Positions 9,538 through 19,304 of a DNA stretch of 64,000 bases are shown here, in pieces. The stretch lies in NCBI GenBank assembly GCA_964609085.1, contig CAZSRZ010000012.1:2292-66291 (forward strand), given 5' to 3'. This stretch comes from an uncultured bacterium. Lineage in GTDB: Bacteria; Armatimonadota; SYMT01. The first letter of the stretch is position 1; each line of letters begins with the position of its first letter. The notes beneath the pieces are model-generated. The model was not told the origin of the DNA and made no database searches. It saw nothing but the letters and a program-made list of their open reading frames with translations. Position numbers and translations under genes: made by a program.

Positions 9538-10895
9538 AGCAGCCGCTAAACCTGATACTGCTGGTCGTAGATAGCCTGCGGGCGGACCACCTCGGCTGTT
9601 ACGGCAACCTCGATGTCGGCACTCCCAACCTGGACCGACTGGCGCGGGAGTCCGTCCGGTTCACCGACGCCCACGCGTGCAGCTTTCCGACGCTCCCCTG
9701 TCGCATCGAGCTCTTGTCCGGCAAGTTCACCTTCGCCCGGTACCCCTGGGGACCGTTTCCGGATCAGGAGGTTCCGGTGGCGGAGCGGCTGCGGGACGGC
9801 GGATTCCACACCGCCTTGATCACCGACAACCTGCCGATGGCGCGGAAGAACCATCGCTTCGAGCGTGGGTACGACTCTAGAGTCTCGGTCCGGGGGCAGT
9901 GGTATGATCAGTGGGCGCCCTGTGAGGGACCGGTTGAGCTCCCCGCCCCGGCGGCGAGCCTGGATCAGCACGAGCGCGTCCGCCAGTACCTGCACAACGT
10001 CCGCGATCGCGCGACCGAAGCGGACTACTTCGCCCCCCGGGTCATGCGGGCGTCCTCGGACTGGCTGACCAGCTTTGGGAAACGCGGTCGCTTCTTCCTC
10101 CACCTTGAATGCTTCGATCCGCACGAGCCGTGGGACCCGCCGGCAGGCTACACCGATCCCAAGTTGGTCGGTCCGCACCGGATCATTTATCCCCACCTGG
10201 GCCGCGCTTCACGCTACTCGCCAGCCGAACTGGCATCGATCCGCGAACTCTACGCGGGCGAGGTGCGGATGGTGGACCGGTGGATTGGGACTCTGCTCGA
10301 CACATTGGATCGGGAGGGGCTAGCGGACACGACGGCCCTGCTCATGGTCTCGGATCATGGGATCTTCCTTGGTGAGCACGACCTGCTGGGGAAGGCCAAC
10401 CATCGGCGAGAGGACGTAAACGGGTGGCCGCCCTATCGCGAGGTCAGTCACATCCCGTTGATGCTGCGGGTCCCGGGGTTGAGCCCGGGAACGAACGACG
10501 CCTTCGTCCATCCGGGCGACCTGATGCCGACGCTGATGGAATTGGCGGGGCTGCCGATCCCCGAGGGTGTGACCGCATCATCCCTGATGCCGATCGCCCG
10601 CGGGGAGGCAGAGTCTGGCCGTGGGATCGCCGTTACCGCATGGTCCTACCGCGGTTGGCGTCGGTGGCACCCCACGTGCATCCGCGACCGGGAGTGGTCG
10701 ATGGTCTGGTGGCGGACGGGGATTCCCCCGCGCCTCCACCATCTGCCGACCGACCCGACAGAGAACACTGACCTGTACCCAGCACACCGGACCGAGGCAC
10801 GTCGCCTCCACCGAGAGTACGTGCGCTTTCTCAAGGCGCAGCCCCGCCGGCCGCGGAACTACTGGTCGCGACGCTTCTTCCCGCCCTGGAACTGA
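9534..10895 (+). CDS. sulfatase-family (alkaline-phosphatase superfamily) enzyme with Thr in place of the FGly Cys/Ser
   Basis: The N-terminal block 'LILLVVDSLRADHLGCYGNLDVGTPNLDRLARESVRFTDAHACSFPTLPCRIELLSGK' aligns by eye with the arylsulfatase block 'DDLGYGDLGCYG..TPNLD.LA...RFTD....LCTPSRAALLTGR'. At the position of the catalytic Cys the sequence reads T-L-P-C-R. A GTG start at 9534 overlaps the GT9 stop, so the gene is translationally coupled to the LPS operon. Confidence 0.65.
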   Translation: MKQPLNLILLVVDSLRADHLGCYGNLDVGTPNLDRLARESVRFTDAHACSFPTLPCRIELLSGKFTFARYPWGPFPDQEVPVAERLRDGGFHTALITDNLPMARKNHRFERGYDSRVSVRGQWYDQWAPCEGPVELPAPAASLDQHERVRQYLHNVRDRATEADYFAPRVMRASSDWLTSFGKRGRFFLHLECFDPHEPWDPPAGYTDPKLVGPHRIIYPHLGRASRYSPAELASIRELYAGEVRMVDRWIGTLLDTLDREGLADTTALLMVSDHGIFLGEHDLLGKANHRREDVNGWPPYREVSHIPLMLRVPGLSPGTNDAFVHPGDLMPTLMELAGLPIPEGVTASSLMPIARGEAESGRGIAVTAWSYRGWRRWHPTCIRDREWSMVWWRTGIPPRLHHLPTDPTENTDLYPAHRTEARRLHREYVRFLKAQPRRPRNYWSRRFFPPWN

Positions 10896-11151
10896 CCCTG
10901 TCCTTGGCGCACCCTGGCGGATCTCGGCCGCCCGGAGGGGATCTCCCTGGTTCACGCGGAGACGCGGAGAGAGCCGCGGAGGTGCAAGGACGCGGAGGCC
11001 TGGAGAGAGCAATCACGTCTCTTGATGCCATCTCCGGCTCATGCGGAGGCGCGGTGAGAATCGCAGTCCTATTGCCCTGTGCATCGGGTTCGGCTATCGT
11101 GCTTGGGTGTCTGACAGGGGCCGTTTCGGTCCCCTGGGTTGTAGGTGGCTG

Positions 11152-12345
11152 ATGGCTTCCAAGTTGGTGGAGACCAAAAAAGAAAAGCAGCGCGCGATTC
11201 TGATCGCGGTGGAACGGACGCGGCGCGTTGACAACGAGCAGCCGTTCGATCCCGAGTTGATGGAGTTGCAGGGGTTGGTCGATACCGCGGGCGGCGAGGT
11301 TGTCGGCATCCTCTGCCAGCGGCGCATGGCACCCAGCCCGTCCAGCTATCTGGGCTCCGGCAAGGTGGGCGAGGTCAAGGAGTTGATCGCGGCTACCCAG
11401 GCTGACCTGGTGATCGCCGACGATGAGCTGACGCCGGTTCAGCAGCGGAACATCAGCGAGGAGCTCAATCGCCCGGTGCTCGATCGGACGCAGCTCATTC
11501 TCGACATCTTCGCGCAGCGAGCCCAGACCGCGGAGGGGAAGCTGCAGGTGGAACTGGCGCAGCTCAGTTACGCGCTGCCGCGGCTATCCAGCGTCTATAC
11601 GAAGTTCGAGCGCCAGCAGGGTGGGATTGGGCTTCGCGGGCCGGGAGAGACCAAGCTGGAGGCGGATCGTCGGCGGGTGCGCCAACGCATCTCCGATCTC
11701 AATCGCGACATTGACCAGATCCGACGCCATCGCCAGGTGCAGCGCTCCAGCAGACGCCACGAAGGTTTCTCGACGGTGGCCATCGTGGGCTACACCAGCG
11801 CCGGCAAGTCCACCCTGCTGAATGCGCTGTCCGGGGCGGATGTCTACACAGATGCCAGGGTGTTCGCCACGCTGGATCCAACCACACGGCGCGCGCAACT
11901 GCCCGGCGGCCGCCCGATCCTGGTCACGGATACGGTGGGCTTCATCCGCCGCCTGCCTCACGGCCTGGTTGCCGCCTTCCGCGCCACTCTGGAGGAGACC
12001 GCTGAAGCCGACGTTCTGCTGCACGTCGTCGACGCCAGCAGTCCGGACATGCGGGAGCAGATGGAAGCCGTGATGGTGGTGCTGACGGAACTCCACATTC
12101 AAGATAAGCCGATCGTCACAGTGCTGAACAAGATCGACCTGATGCGCGACACATCCGCGCTCCGCGAAATGGTGGCGAATACGCCAGACACGGTCTATGT
12201 TTCCGCGCGCACTGGTGACGGTCTGCGACAACTCATGCTCACCGTCGAGCGCGTGCTGGCCCACGCCGAACGACGGCGCCGGCAGGAGGTGACCGAGGCC
12301 CGCGAGCAGGAGCTGGAACGGCGGCGTGCGCTCCGAGTGCTTTGA
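11152..12345 (+). CDS. hflX: GTPase HflX
   Basis: An HflX N-domain is followed by a G-domain with 'VAIVGYTSAGKSTLLNALSGADV...FATLDPTTRRAQL...DTVGFIRRLPHGLVAAFRATLEE'. The ATG at 11152 has an 'aggtgg' RBS. Confidence 0.85.
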   Translation: MASKLVETKKEKQRAILIAVERTRRVDNEQPFDPELMELQGLVDTAGGEVVGILCQRRMAPSPSSYLGSGKVGEVKELIAATQADLVIADDELTPVQQRNISEELNRPVLDRTQLILDIFAQRAQTAEGKLQVELAQLSYALPRLSSVYTKFERQQGGIGLRGPGETKLEADRRRVRQRISDLNRDIDQIRRHRQVQRSSRRHEGFSTVAIVGYTSAGKSTLLNALSGADVYTDARVFATLDPTTRRAQLPGGRPILVTDTVGFIRRLPHGLVAAFRATLEETAEADVLLHVVDASSPDMREQMEAVMVVLTELHIQDKPIVTVLNKIDLMRDTSALREMVANTPDTVYVSARTGDGLRQLMLTVERVLAHAERRRRQEVTEAREQELERRRALRVL

Positions 12346-13381
12346 TTACGAACTACCGCCGGACCGCATAGCCCAGGTTCCGCACCAGCCTCGAGACCGA
12401 TCCCGGCTCCTCGTGGTGCCTCCCGCGGGTGGTTTCGGACACCGGCTGTTCTGTGATCTGCCCGCACTGCTCCAGCCGGGAGACCTGCTGGTCCTCAACG
12501 ACACCCGCGTCCGCAAGGCGAGGTTGACGGGCCTCCGACCAGGGGGAGGATCGGCGGAGGTGCTCCTTCTCGGGCAACTGGCGGATGGCGACTGGGAGGC
12601 GATGGTTCGCCCTGGTGGCCGTCTCAAGCCGGGGACGGAGATCGTCGTGAGGGGCAGCGACGGTGCCGCAGTCCACGTAGCAGTCCGTGACTACTTGCCG
12701 GGCGGCACGCGGCGGGTCCATCTGGAGGCCCGGGACTGGGATGGGCCCGGCGGCGTGGAGGGGCTGATCGCCCACCTGGGCAGTATGCCTCTGCCGCCCT
12801 ATATTCATACCAAGCTGGATGATGAGACCGCCTATCAGACGGTCTACTCGCGAACCCTGGGCGCGGCTGCCGCCCCGACAGCCGGGCTGCACATGACGGA
12901 TGCTCTGCTCCGGGCGATCGTGGATCGCGGGGTGGGCGTCTGTCGACTCACACTGCACGTCGGGATAGGCACATTCCGGCCGGTGAAGAGCGAGGAGATT
13001 GAGCAGCACGAAATGCACGCGGAGTGGTACTCGCTCCCGGCCGAGGCCGCCCTGGCGGTGAACGCATGTCGCGGCCGCGTGGTTGCGTTGGGGACCACGG
13101 TGGTTCGGGCGCTGGAGTCGGCCGCCGTGGGCGCGCCGGTGGGAGCGCGCGTGAGGCCACACACGGGCTTCACCCAGCTCTACATTACACCGGGGTATCC
13201 CTTTCGCGTGGTGGATCGGCTGGTAACCAACTTTCACACGCCACGGTCGAGTTTGCTCATCCTCGTCAGCGCCTTCGCCGGGTATGAACGAGTTCAACAG
13301 ACGTATGCAGAAGCTCTATCTCAGGGTTACCGGTTCTTGAGCTTTGGCGATGCCTGCCTGTTCGATCGAGCGCAGGGGTAG
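12326..13381 (+). CDS. queA: S-adenosylmethionine:tRNA ribosyltransferase-isomerase
   Basis: The N-terminus 'MRSECFDYELPPDRIAQVPHQPRDRSRLLVV' matches the QueA start and the protein has QueA length. It overlaps the hflX end by 20 bp. Confidence 0.85.
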   Translation: MRSECFDYELPPDRIAQVPHQPRDRSRLLVVPPAGGFGHRLFCDLPALLQPGDLLVLNDTRVRKARLTGLRPGGGSAEVLLLGQLADGDWEAMVRPGGRLKPGTEIVVRGSDGAAVHVAVRDYLPGGTRRVHLEARDWDGPGGVEGLIAHLGSMPLPPYIHTKLDDETAYQTVYSRTLGAAAAPTAGLHMTDALLRAIVDRGVGVCRLTLHVGIGTFRPVKSEEIEQHEMHAEWYSLPAEAALAVNACRGRVVALGTTVVRALESAAVGAPVGARVRPHTGFTQLYITPGYPFRVVDRLVTNFHTPRSSLLILVSAFAGYERVQQTYAEALSQGYRFLSFGDACLFDRAQG

Positions 13382-13390
13382 GTCGTCGGG

Positions 13391-14640
13391 TCACTGCTTC
13401 CCTGGTCGCTTCGGCGGGGCCTGAAAGAAACTCTCCCACTCGGCGAGCGAGGAGGGAGCGTTCGCCGCGGGAGGGGGAGTGGGAACGGGCAACGGGCGCT
13501 CGGCAGGCGGCGCCAGGCGCGACGCGAGCCACTGAACCGGCTGCACCTTAGCCCCCGCGGCACGTATGGCGGCCGCAAGAGCACGGTCGTCGGTGATGAC
13601 CGTGGCCCGTCGGCGATCCGGCTCCGGCAACTGGTTCAAATACTCCAGGATCACATCGTCCGCCGGGCGGCCGTTCCCGGTCGTTCGCTCTTCCAGATTC
13701 CCGCGGACCAGGCGTGAGGCTTTCGACCCATCGAAGAAGACGGTCCACCGCTGGCTGCTCTCGACGCGGCATCGGTCGCCGACGCGGAGCATGAACTGAC
13801 GCCGGCTCTCCGGATCGCGGAGAGCATAGCCTTCGGCGCTGCCCAGGAAGTTGCTCCCGTCGACGATCACCCTCTGGAACCCTGGTGCTGGGCGCGGCGG
13901 TGGGGGCGCTGCTGGGGGTATGGCCGGCGCCGCAGCCTGCTGGCGCGGTGGGGCCGCGGGCTCCATTTGCGCCACCTTGGCTTCGGTCCGTCCATTGGGC
14001 CGGCCAGCCGGCGGCGGGGGAGAAACAGGTGCAGTGCTCCCCGGTTTCGGCGCTCCATTCGGGGCGACCGGCCTGGGCGCATCCAACACCGGCGTTGGTG
14101 TTACGGTCTGGGCTGGCGCTGGCTCGGTGGGGGGAGGTGGCGTGCATTCCGGCGACGTTGAAGCGACCTCGGGCGGGGTTGGGGAGGCGGCAGGGGGGGC
14201 CGGAGGGGTGGGCTCGGGTTGGTCTACGATCGGCGGAGTCGACGGAGCCACGGCAAGCTCCGAAGGTCGCTGCGCCTCAATTTCCTCACGAATGGCACCG
14301 ATAAGCTGGAACCCTGCCAGCGAGAGAGCTTCTGGGAGCTGCCGTAGCCGACGGAAGGTGAGCAAGACCGCCTCCGACTCCAGCGCGAGGAGATCGGCCG
14401 CGGCGAGGTCAGCATCAGGTGACTGCCCGCGTTCCGGTGCATCCCAGGCCCGCGCCAGCAGGGCGGCCATCTGGACGGATAGATCGATGAGACGATCGGC
14501 CAGGCGTCGGGCGTCTGGGGTGCGCCATTGGCCGGCGACCGTCAGAAGCAGTTCCGTGAAGTCCAGGCTCTGACGCCAGGCGCCGCAGCCGTGATGCGAC
14601 GCGGCCGGCGGTGTAGGCACCGCGGTTGGGTCCTCCTGGC
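13391..14640 (-). CDS. NYN-domain (YacP-like) putative RNase with long Pro/Ala-rich linker
   Basis: The C-terminal region has 'RVIVDGSNFLGS...WTVFFDG...VITDD', the NYN/YacP-like signature. It is preceded by a low-complexity stretch of about 150 aa rich in P/A/T ('PTPPAPPAASPTPPEVASTSPECTPPPPTEPAPAQTVTPTP'). The 5' end is uncertain: the longest ORF (to 14728) overlaps the upstream gene. Confidence 0.5.
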
Positions 14641-15198
14641 TCAAAGCGGACTCCTTGCCCGGCGGCGCATCGAAACGCGGTTGTCGAGCTTCACGGCACC
14701 TCGTTTCTCGGGAAGTTGGCGCCGCCACGCACTTGCGTCCGACGGCATGACCATCGGTGCCCGCGCTTCGAGCTGCTCCAGTTCTGCCAGAATGTGGACC
14801 AGACCTCGCTGGCGGCTCGACAGCGGAACCATCAAATTGAGCCGATCTATGCCCCGGTTGAGTTCCACCAGTCGCCGAGCGGATTCGATCAGGAAGCGTC
14901 CCGCCTCTGCAGCGCCGGGAGCCTCGGCCGTCCCTTCACACCTCCGCGTGAAGTCATCGCGCAGCACACGCCACTCCTCGACCGACCGGCAAACGGATCG
15001 ATCCAATTCGATCCAGTCCGGCAGCATGTTCGCATCCCGCATCAGGCGATAGCCGAGCCGCTCCTCGGGCGGGATGTGCCGGTCGCGATCCAGGTCGACC
15101 GGTTCGCCCGCGCCCTGGAGCTGTTCGAATGAACCCTCTTCCTGCGCTTCGCGGATCTTCCGGTCGGCGATGATCTCAACCCACGACATCTCGGGCAC
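14641..15198 (-). CDS. DUF1992 (DnaJ-C28-like) domain protein
   Basis: The motif 'SWVEIIADRKIREAQEEGSFEQLQGAGEPVDLD' matches the conserved DUF1992 signature (W..I.E.KIREA.E.G.F.NL.G.G.PL). Confidence 0.55.
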   Translation of the reverse strand: MPEMSWVEIIADRKIREAQEEGSFEQLQGAGEPVDLDRDRHIPPEERLGYRLMRDANMLPDWIELDRSVCRSVEEWRVLRDDFTRRCEGTAEAPGAAEAGRFLIESARRLVELNRGIDRLNLMVPLSSRQRGLVHILAELEQLEARAPMVMPSDASAWRRQLPEKRGAVKLDNRVSMRRRARSPL

Positions 15199-15483
15199 CT
15201 CTACCTCAGTGTATCAGCGACTGATTCGCCCGCAGCCCGAGCCGGATCACCACGGCTCTGTGCGGGTCCGGGCGACTCCCGGGACGGCGTCTCGGGGGTC
15301 TCCCGGCCCGAGTTCGACCGCACCTGGGGCGAGGCCGGAGCCGTGTCGGGAAATGAGGCGTTAACCTATTCGTCGCGGGATCTTTATCGATCGAGGGGTA
15401 TCCTGGTAAAACAGCCTGTCCATCCCTCCCGCGGCTGCTCCTCACACGTCATTCCGTTGCCGACCCCACGGCTAGGAGTGGAA

Positions 15484-16875
15484 ATGTCGTCCACAGAACT
15501 CCAGGCTGAACCGCCGACGGCGCGCCCACCCGCCTCGCTGCTCCCAGATCTGGGGCACAGCCCTCTTTTCAACCCCGCGTCCGGTTTTCTCCCCGCTCTC
15601 ACCGTCGCCAACACAGTGTTTGTGTTGCTTAGCTTCGAGGGTCCGGACGCGTACAGCCGCGCCGGAGGGCTGGGCGTCCGGATCACCGAGTTGGGCTACG
15701 CGCTGGCGGATCACGGATTCGAGACGCATCTCTACTTCGTCGGGGATCCCTCCGCGCCGACCGTGGAGCGGATGTCCAACCGACCATTCACCCTTCACCG
15801 CTGGAGTCAGTGGATCAGCAGGCATCACCCGCTAGGCGTCTACGACGGCGAGGAAGGCAAGCTTCGGGACTATAGGTCGACCCTCCCCGAGGTCTTGCTG
15901 GAGGAACGCGTCCGGCCCGCCGTGGCGGACGGCAAGTGGGTCGTCATTCTCTCCGAAGAGTGGCACACAGCGGACACGGCATGCGATGTGGCGGATCGGC
16001 TCCATGCGGCGGGACTCCGGGACCGCGCAATCATGGTGTGGAACGCGAACAACACGCTCGGGTTTGAGAATGTTGACTTTGGGCGACTCCGCTTCACGCA
16101 AACGATTTCTACCGTAAGCCGATGGATGAAGCACGAAATGTGGAATTGGGGATGCAACCCGATAGTGATCCCCAACGGCATCCCGGCGCGAGCGCTTGAG
16201 CCGTCTCCACTCGCTGACGAGCTGGCACAACTGGCCCAGGCCCGCCTGAACAACCGGCTCACACTGGGCAAAGTGGCCAGGTTTGACCCCGACAAGCGCT
16301 GGTTGATGGCGGTGGACGCCGCGGCTGGGCTCAAAGCGAAGCAGTTGCCCGTGCTCTTCATCGCCAAGGGCGGAATGGAGGCACACGGCCACGACGTCAT
16401 GCGCCGCGCCCATGAGCGCGGCCTGCGTGTCCGTGACGTCTCCTCTCCCAGCCGTGACCCGCGGACGCTGATGGAGAACCTGCTCGACGCCGCGAGCGAT
16501 GCGGACATGCTGAACGTGCAGTTCTACCTGGGCGACGACCTCAAGCGGGCCCTTTTCCGAGTTGCGGACGTGATGCTTCAGAACAGCGGGAGAGAGCCGT
16601 TCGGGTTGGTCGGCCTGGAAGTCATGGCGGCGCAGGGCCTCGTCTTCACCGGTGCGACCGGCGAGGAGTACGCCCGCACGTACGAAAACGCCATCGTCCT
16701 GGATACGGACGGCGCCGACGAGATCGAGGCGACCGTCATCGACCTGCTCTCTCGCCCCGGGGAGGTGGAGCGCATGCGCAGACAGGGAGTTGAGACGGCG
16801 CGGAAGTACACCTGGGATCAGGTGATCTCCGTCCTGTTGCGGCGGTTGCAGCACCTCGCCGTGCGGACTGGCTAG
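15484..16875 (+). CDS. GT4-family retaining glycosyltransferase
   Basis: The N-terminal sugar-donor domain has 'FEGPDAYSRAGGLGVRITELGYALADHGFETHLYF' and the C-terminal GT4 motif is 'REPFGLVGLEVMAAQGLVFTGATGEEY'. The ATG at 15484 is preceded by 'ggagtgg'. Confidence 0.7.
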   Translation: MSSTELQAEPPTARPPASLLPDLGHSPLFNPASGFLPALTVANTVFVLLSFEGPDAYSRAGGLGVRITELGYALADHGFETHLYFVGDPSAPTVERMSNRPFTLHRWSQWISRHHPLGVYDGEEGKLRDYRSTLPEVLLEERVRPAVADGKWVVILSEEWHTADTACDVADRLHAAGLRDRAIMVWNANNTLGFENVDFGRLRFTQTISTVSRWMKHEMWNWGCNPIVIPNGIPARALEPSPLADELAQLAQARLNNRLTLGKVARFDPDKRWLMAVDAAAGLKAKQLPVLFIAKGGMEAHGHDVMRRAHERGLRVRDVSSPSRDPRTLMENLLDAASDADMLNVQFYLGDDLKRALFRVADVMLQNSGREPFGLVGLEVMAAQGLVFTGATGEEYARTYENAIVLDTDGADEIEATVIDLLSRPGEVERMRRQGVETARKYTWDQVISVLLRRLQHLAVRTG

Positions 16876-16893
16876 ACGCCAGGGGAGGGCGCT

Positions 16894-17340
16894 ATGCGGG
16901 TCCTGATACCGGTGGATGGTTCGCAATCGGCAAAGCTTGCGGCCCGACATGCCGCCGAGCAGCAAACGACGCGGAGCGCCGTGCTCCTCTACGTGGCTGC
17001 GTCCGCCCGCCCGGGGGATCTGGGCAAGGCTCAGTTTACGCTGCGTGGGTTGCGCGACGAGTGTCACCAGATCAACCCGGAACTCGACGTCAGCACGCGC
17101 ATTGAGGTAGGTGCCCGGGACGAGGTGCTCTGCCGGATCGCGACGAAGGAAGCGTTCGACCTGATCGTGATCGGCGCACAGGGCATCAATGCTGAGGGGC
17201 ACACCGAACTGGTCGACAGCGAAATCGACGATATGGTCGCCTCCCTTCAACCACCCGTGGTCGTGGTGACGTCACTTGGCGAGTACGCGCCTGCGGACTC
17301 CGAGCGAGTCGCAGACGCGCGGACAGGGGAGGCCGCATGA
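16894..17340 (+). CDS. universal stress protein (UspA family)
   Basis: The translation reads 'MRVLIPVDGSQSAKLAARHAAE...LIVIGAQG', a Usp fold signature. The protein is 148 aa. Confidence 0.6.
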   Translation: MRVLIPVDGSQSAKLAARHAAEQQTTRSAVLLYVAASARPGDLGKAQFTLRGLRDECHQINPELDVSTRIEVGARDEVLCRIATKEAFDLIVIGAQGINAEGHTELVDSEIDDMVASLQPPVVVVTSLGEYAPADSERVADARTGEAA

Positions 17341-19301
17341 CTGCGAGCCACGGACTCATCGGAAACGGCGAACTCCTGGCCCGGGTCCGCGCGGACGGAC
17401 TGCTGGCCGAAGCCTACTACCCCTCCATCGGCTACTTCCGTCACCTGCTGCAATCTCAGTTCGGACTGCGCGACTCGCAAACGGGGCGATTCGTGTGGTT
17501 GACGCGGCCGGACTTTGAGCCCGAGCAAACCTACATCGCGGACACCAACGTCCTCCAGACAAGCTACAACTCGCCCGGCCTCGAGGCGACCGTCACGGAC
17601 CTCGCGAGCCCGTCGGGGAGCAGCATCCTCCGTATCCTCGATGTCTACAACGTGGGCAGCGAACCGCTGACCCTGGAGCTGGTGCACGGAGAGGCCGCGT
17701 CGATCGCCGACCACAAGGGAGAGTTCGGCTACAACGTCGTCTACTACAGCCGGCTGGATCAGCACTTCGTGCGCTACCGCGGTCATCCCTGGGACGAGGC
17801 CGTTGAGTCGCAGATCGTCTGGATCATTGGGGCGCGGCCGCAGCCCGAAACCTATCAGTGCGGGGTGTCCTATTGTGAGCAAGGCGATGGAATCGATGCG
17901 TTCTATGATGTCCTTGACGGCAAACTACAGGAGAACCGCTACGCATTCGGCGACCCGACTGGGGTCACCAGCGCCTTTCTCTGGCGGCGCACCCTCGCCC
18001 CCGGAGAATCGACCTCTGTCAGCGTGAGCCTGACTGCGGGGATGTCGCTGTTCGAGGCGGAGGACGCAGCGAAGCAGTTCCAGGAACGCCGACCGGATCA
18101 GCGTCTGGGGGAGACGGTAAGCCACTGGCGGGATTGGATCAGCACGGGGCGCCAACGGCTCCCCCCGCTCGGCGAGGAGCGGCTCGAGCGGCTCTACCTG
18201 CGCTCAATTCTGCTCCTCAAGCTCCTGCAGGATCGACGGTTCGGCTCCTTCATCGCCGCGCCGACCCTTGAGCCCGATTACCGCTACTGCTGGCCGCGGG
18301 ACGGGGTTTTCGAAGCGTGGGCTTTGGACCGCTGCGGCTATAGCGAGGAGGCGCATCGATTCTACCGCTGGTGCCGCCGAACCCAAATGCATGAGGGGTT
18401 GTGGTACCAGAATCACTACACCGACGGCCGTCGGCACTGGGCCGGCATTCAAGTCGATCAGGTAGCGACGGTGGTCTGGGGAGTGTGGCAGCACTTCGAG
18501 TTGAATCATGACCGGGAGTTCCTGGTCGAGATGTGGCCGATGGTGCAGCGGGCGAGCGACTACTTGCTGCGGGCGAGGTCTGCTGATTCCGGTCTGGTGT
18601 TTTCCGAACAGGATCTTTGGGAGGAGACCGGCGGGGAGCTCCTCTACACCAATGCAGCGACGGTCGCCGGGCTGGAGTGCGCGGCACTGCACGCCAAGGA
18701 GCTGGGGCAAGAACGACATGCAGCCCGCTGGCGAAAGGAAGCAGGGCTGGTTCGGAAGGCTATTGAGGCGCATCTACGCCGCGACGGTTACTACGTGGGC
18801 GAGCGGGAGGCCGAATCCAGCTACCCGGTAAGAAAAGACTACCTCCACGACATCGCCAATCTGGCGATGGTGGTGCCGTTCCGGCTGGTCGCGCCAGGCG
18901 GTGCCCCGATGCGGAACACCGCAAAACGCATAGAGCAGAGCATGAAGTACGCGGCAGGAGGGATTGGGCGCTATGCCTCGGACCTCTTCATGGGCGGGAA
19001 TCCCTGGTCGCTGAGCGCCCTGTGGCTTGCCCTATTCCACGTGGAGACTGGCGACCTGGCGGAGTGCTATCGTCTCCTCTATTGGTGCTTGAAGCACGCC
19101 ACGCTCCACGACTTCATGCCTGAGCAGAGTCAGAAGCAGACAGGCGCGCCTGCCGGGGCATCCCCGCTCGGCTGGAGCCACGCCTGGGTGATTATCCTGC
19201 TGCAACGAATTGGGCGGCGGCTCACCACGGAGGGTGAGTCGCCGCCCGCCAAGGATCCCCGACCCGCGCCGACGGGAGGCCGGCCGGCCGTGGGGCCGTA
19301 G
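17337..19301 (+). CDS. GH15 glycoside hydrolase (glucoamylase/trehalase-like)
   Basis: It contains 'RYCWPRDGVFEAWAL' and 'PLGWSHAWVIILL', typical of the GH15 (alpha/alpha)6 catalytic domain, after an N-terminal beta-sandwich region. Confidence 0.8.
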   Translation: MTASHGLIGNGELLARVRADGLLAEAYYPSIGYFRHLLQSQFGLRDSQTGRFVWLTRPDFEPEQTYIADTNVLQTSYNSPGLEATVTDLASPSGSSILRILDVYNVGSEPLTLELVHGEAASIADHKGEFGYNVVYYSRLDQHFVRYRGHPWDEAVESQIVWIIGARPQPETYQCGVSYCEQGDGIDAFYDVLDGKLQENRYAFGDPTGVTSAFLWRRTLAPGESTSVSVSLTAGMSLFEAEDAAKQFQERRPDQRLGETVSHWRDWISTGRQRLPPLGEERLERLYLRSILLLKLLQDRRFGSFIAAPTLEPDYRYCWPRDGVFEAWALDRCGYSEEAHRFYRWCRRTQMHEGLWYQNHYTDGRRHWAGIQVDQVATVVWGVWQHFELNHDREFLVEMWPMVQRASDYLLRARSADSGLVFSEQDLWEETGGELLYTNAATVAGLECAALHAKELGQERHAARWRKEAGLVRKAIEAHLRRDGYYVGEREAESSYPVRKDYLHDIANLAMVVPFRLVAPGGAPMRNTAKRIEQSMKYAAGGIGRYASDLFMGGNPWSLSALWLALFHVETGDLAECYRLLYWCLKHATLHDFMPEQSQKQTGAPAGASPLGWSHAWVIILLQRIGRRLTTEGESPPAKDPRPAPTGGRPAVGP

Positions 19302-19304
19302 TGC

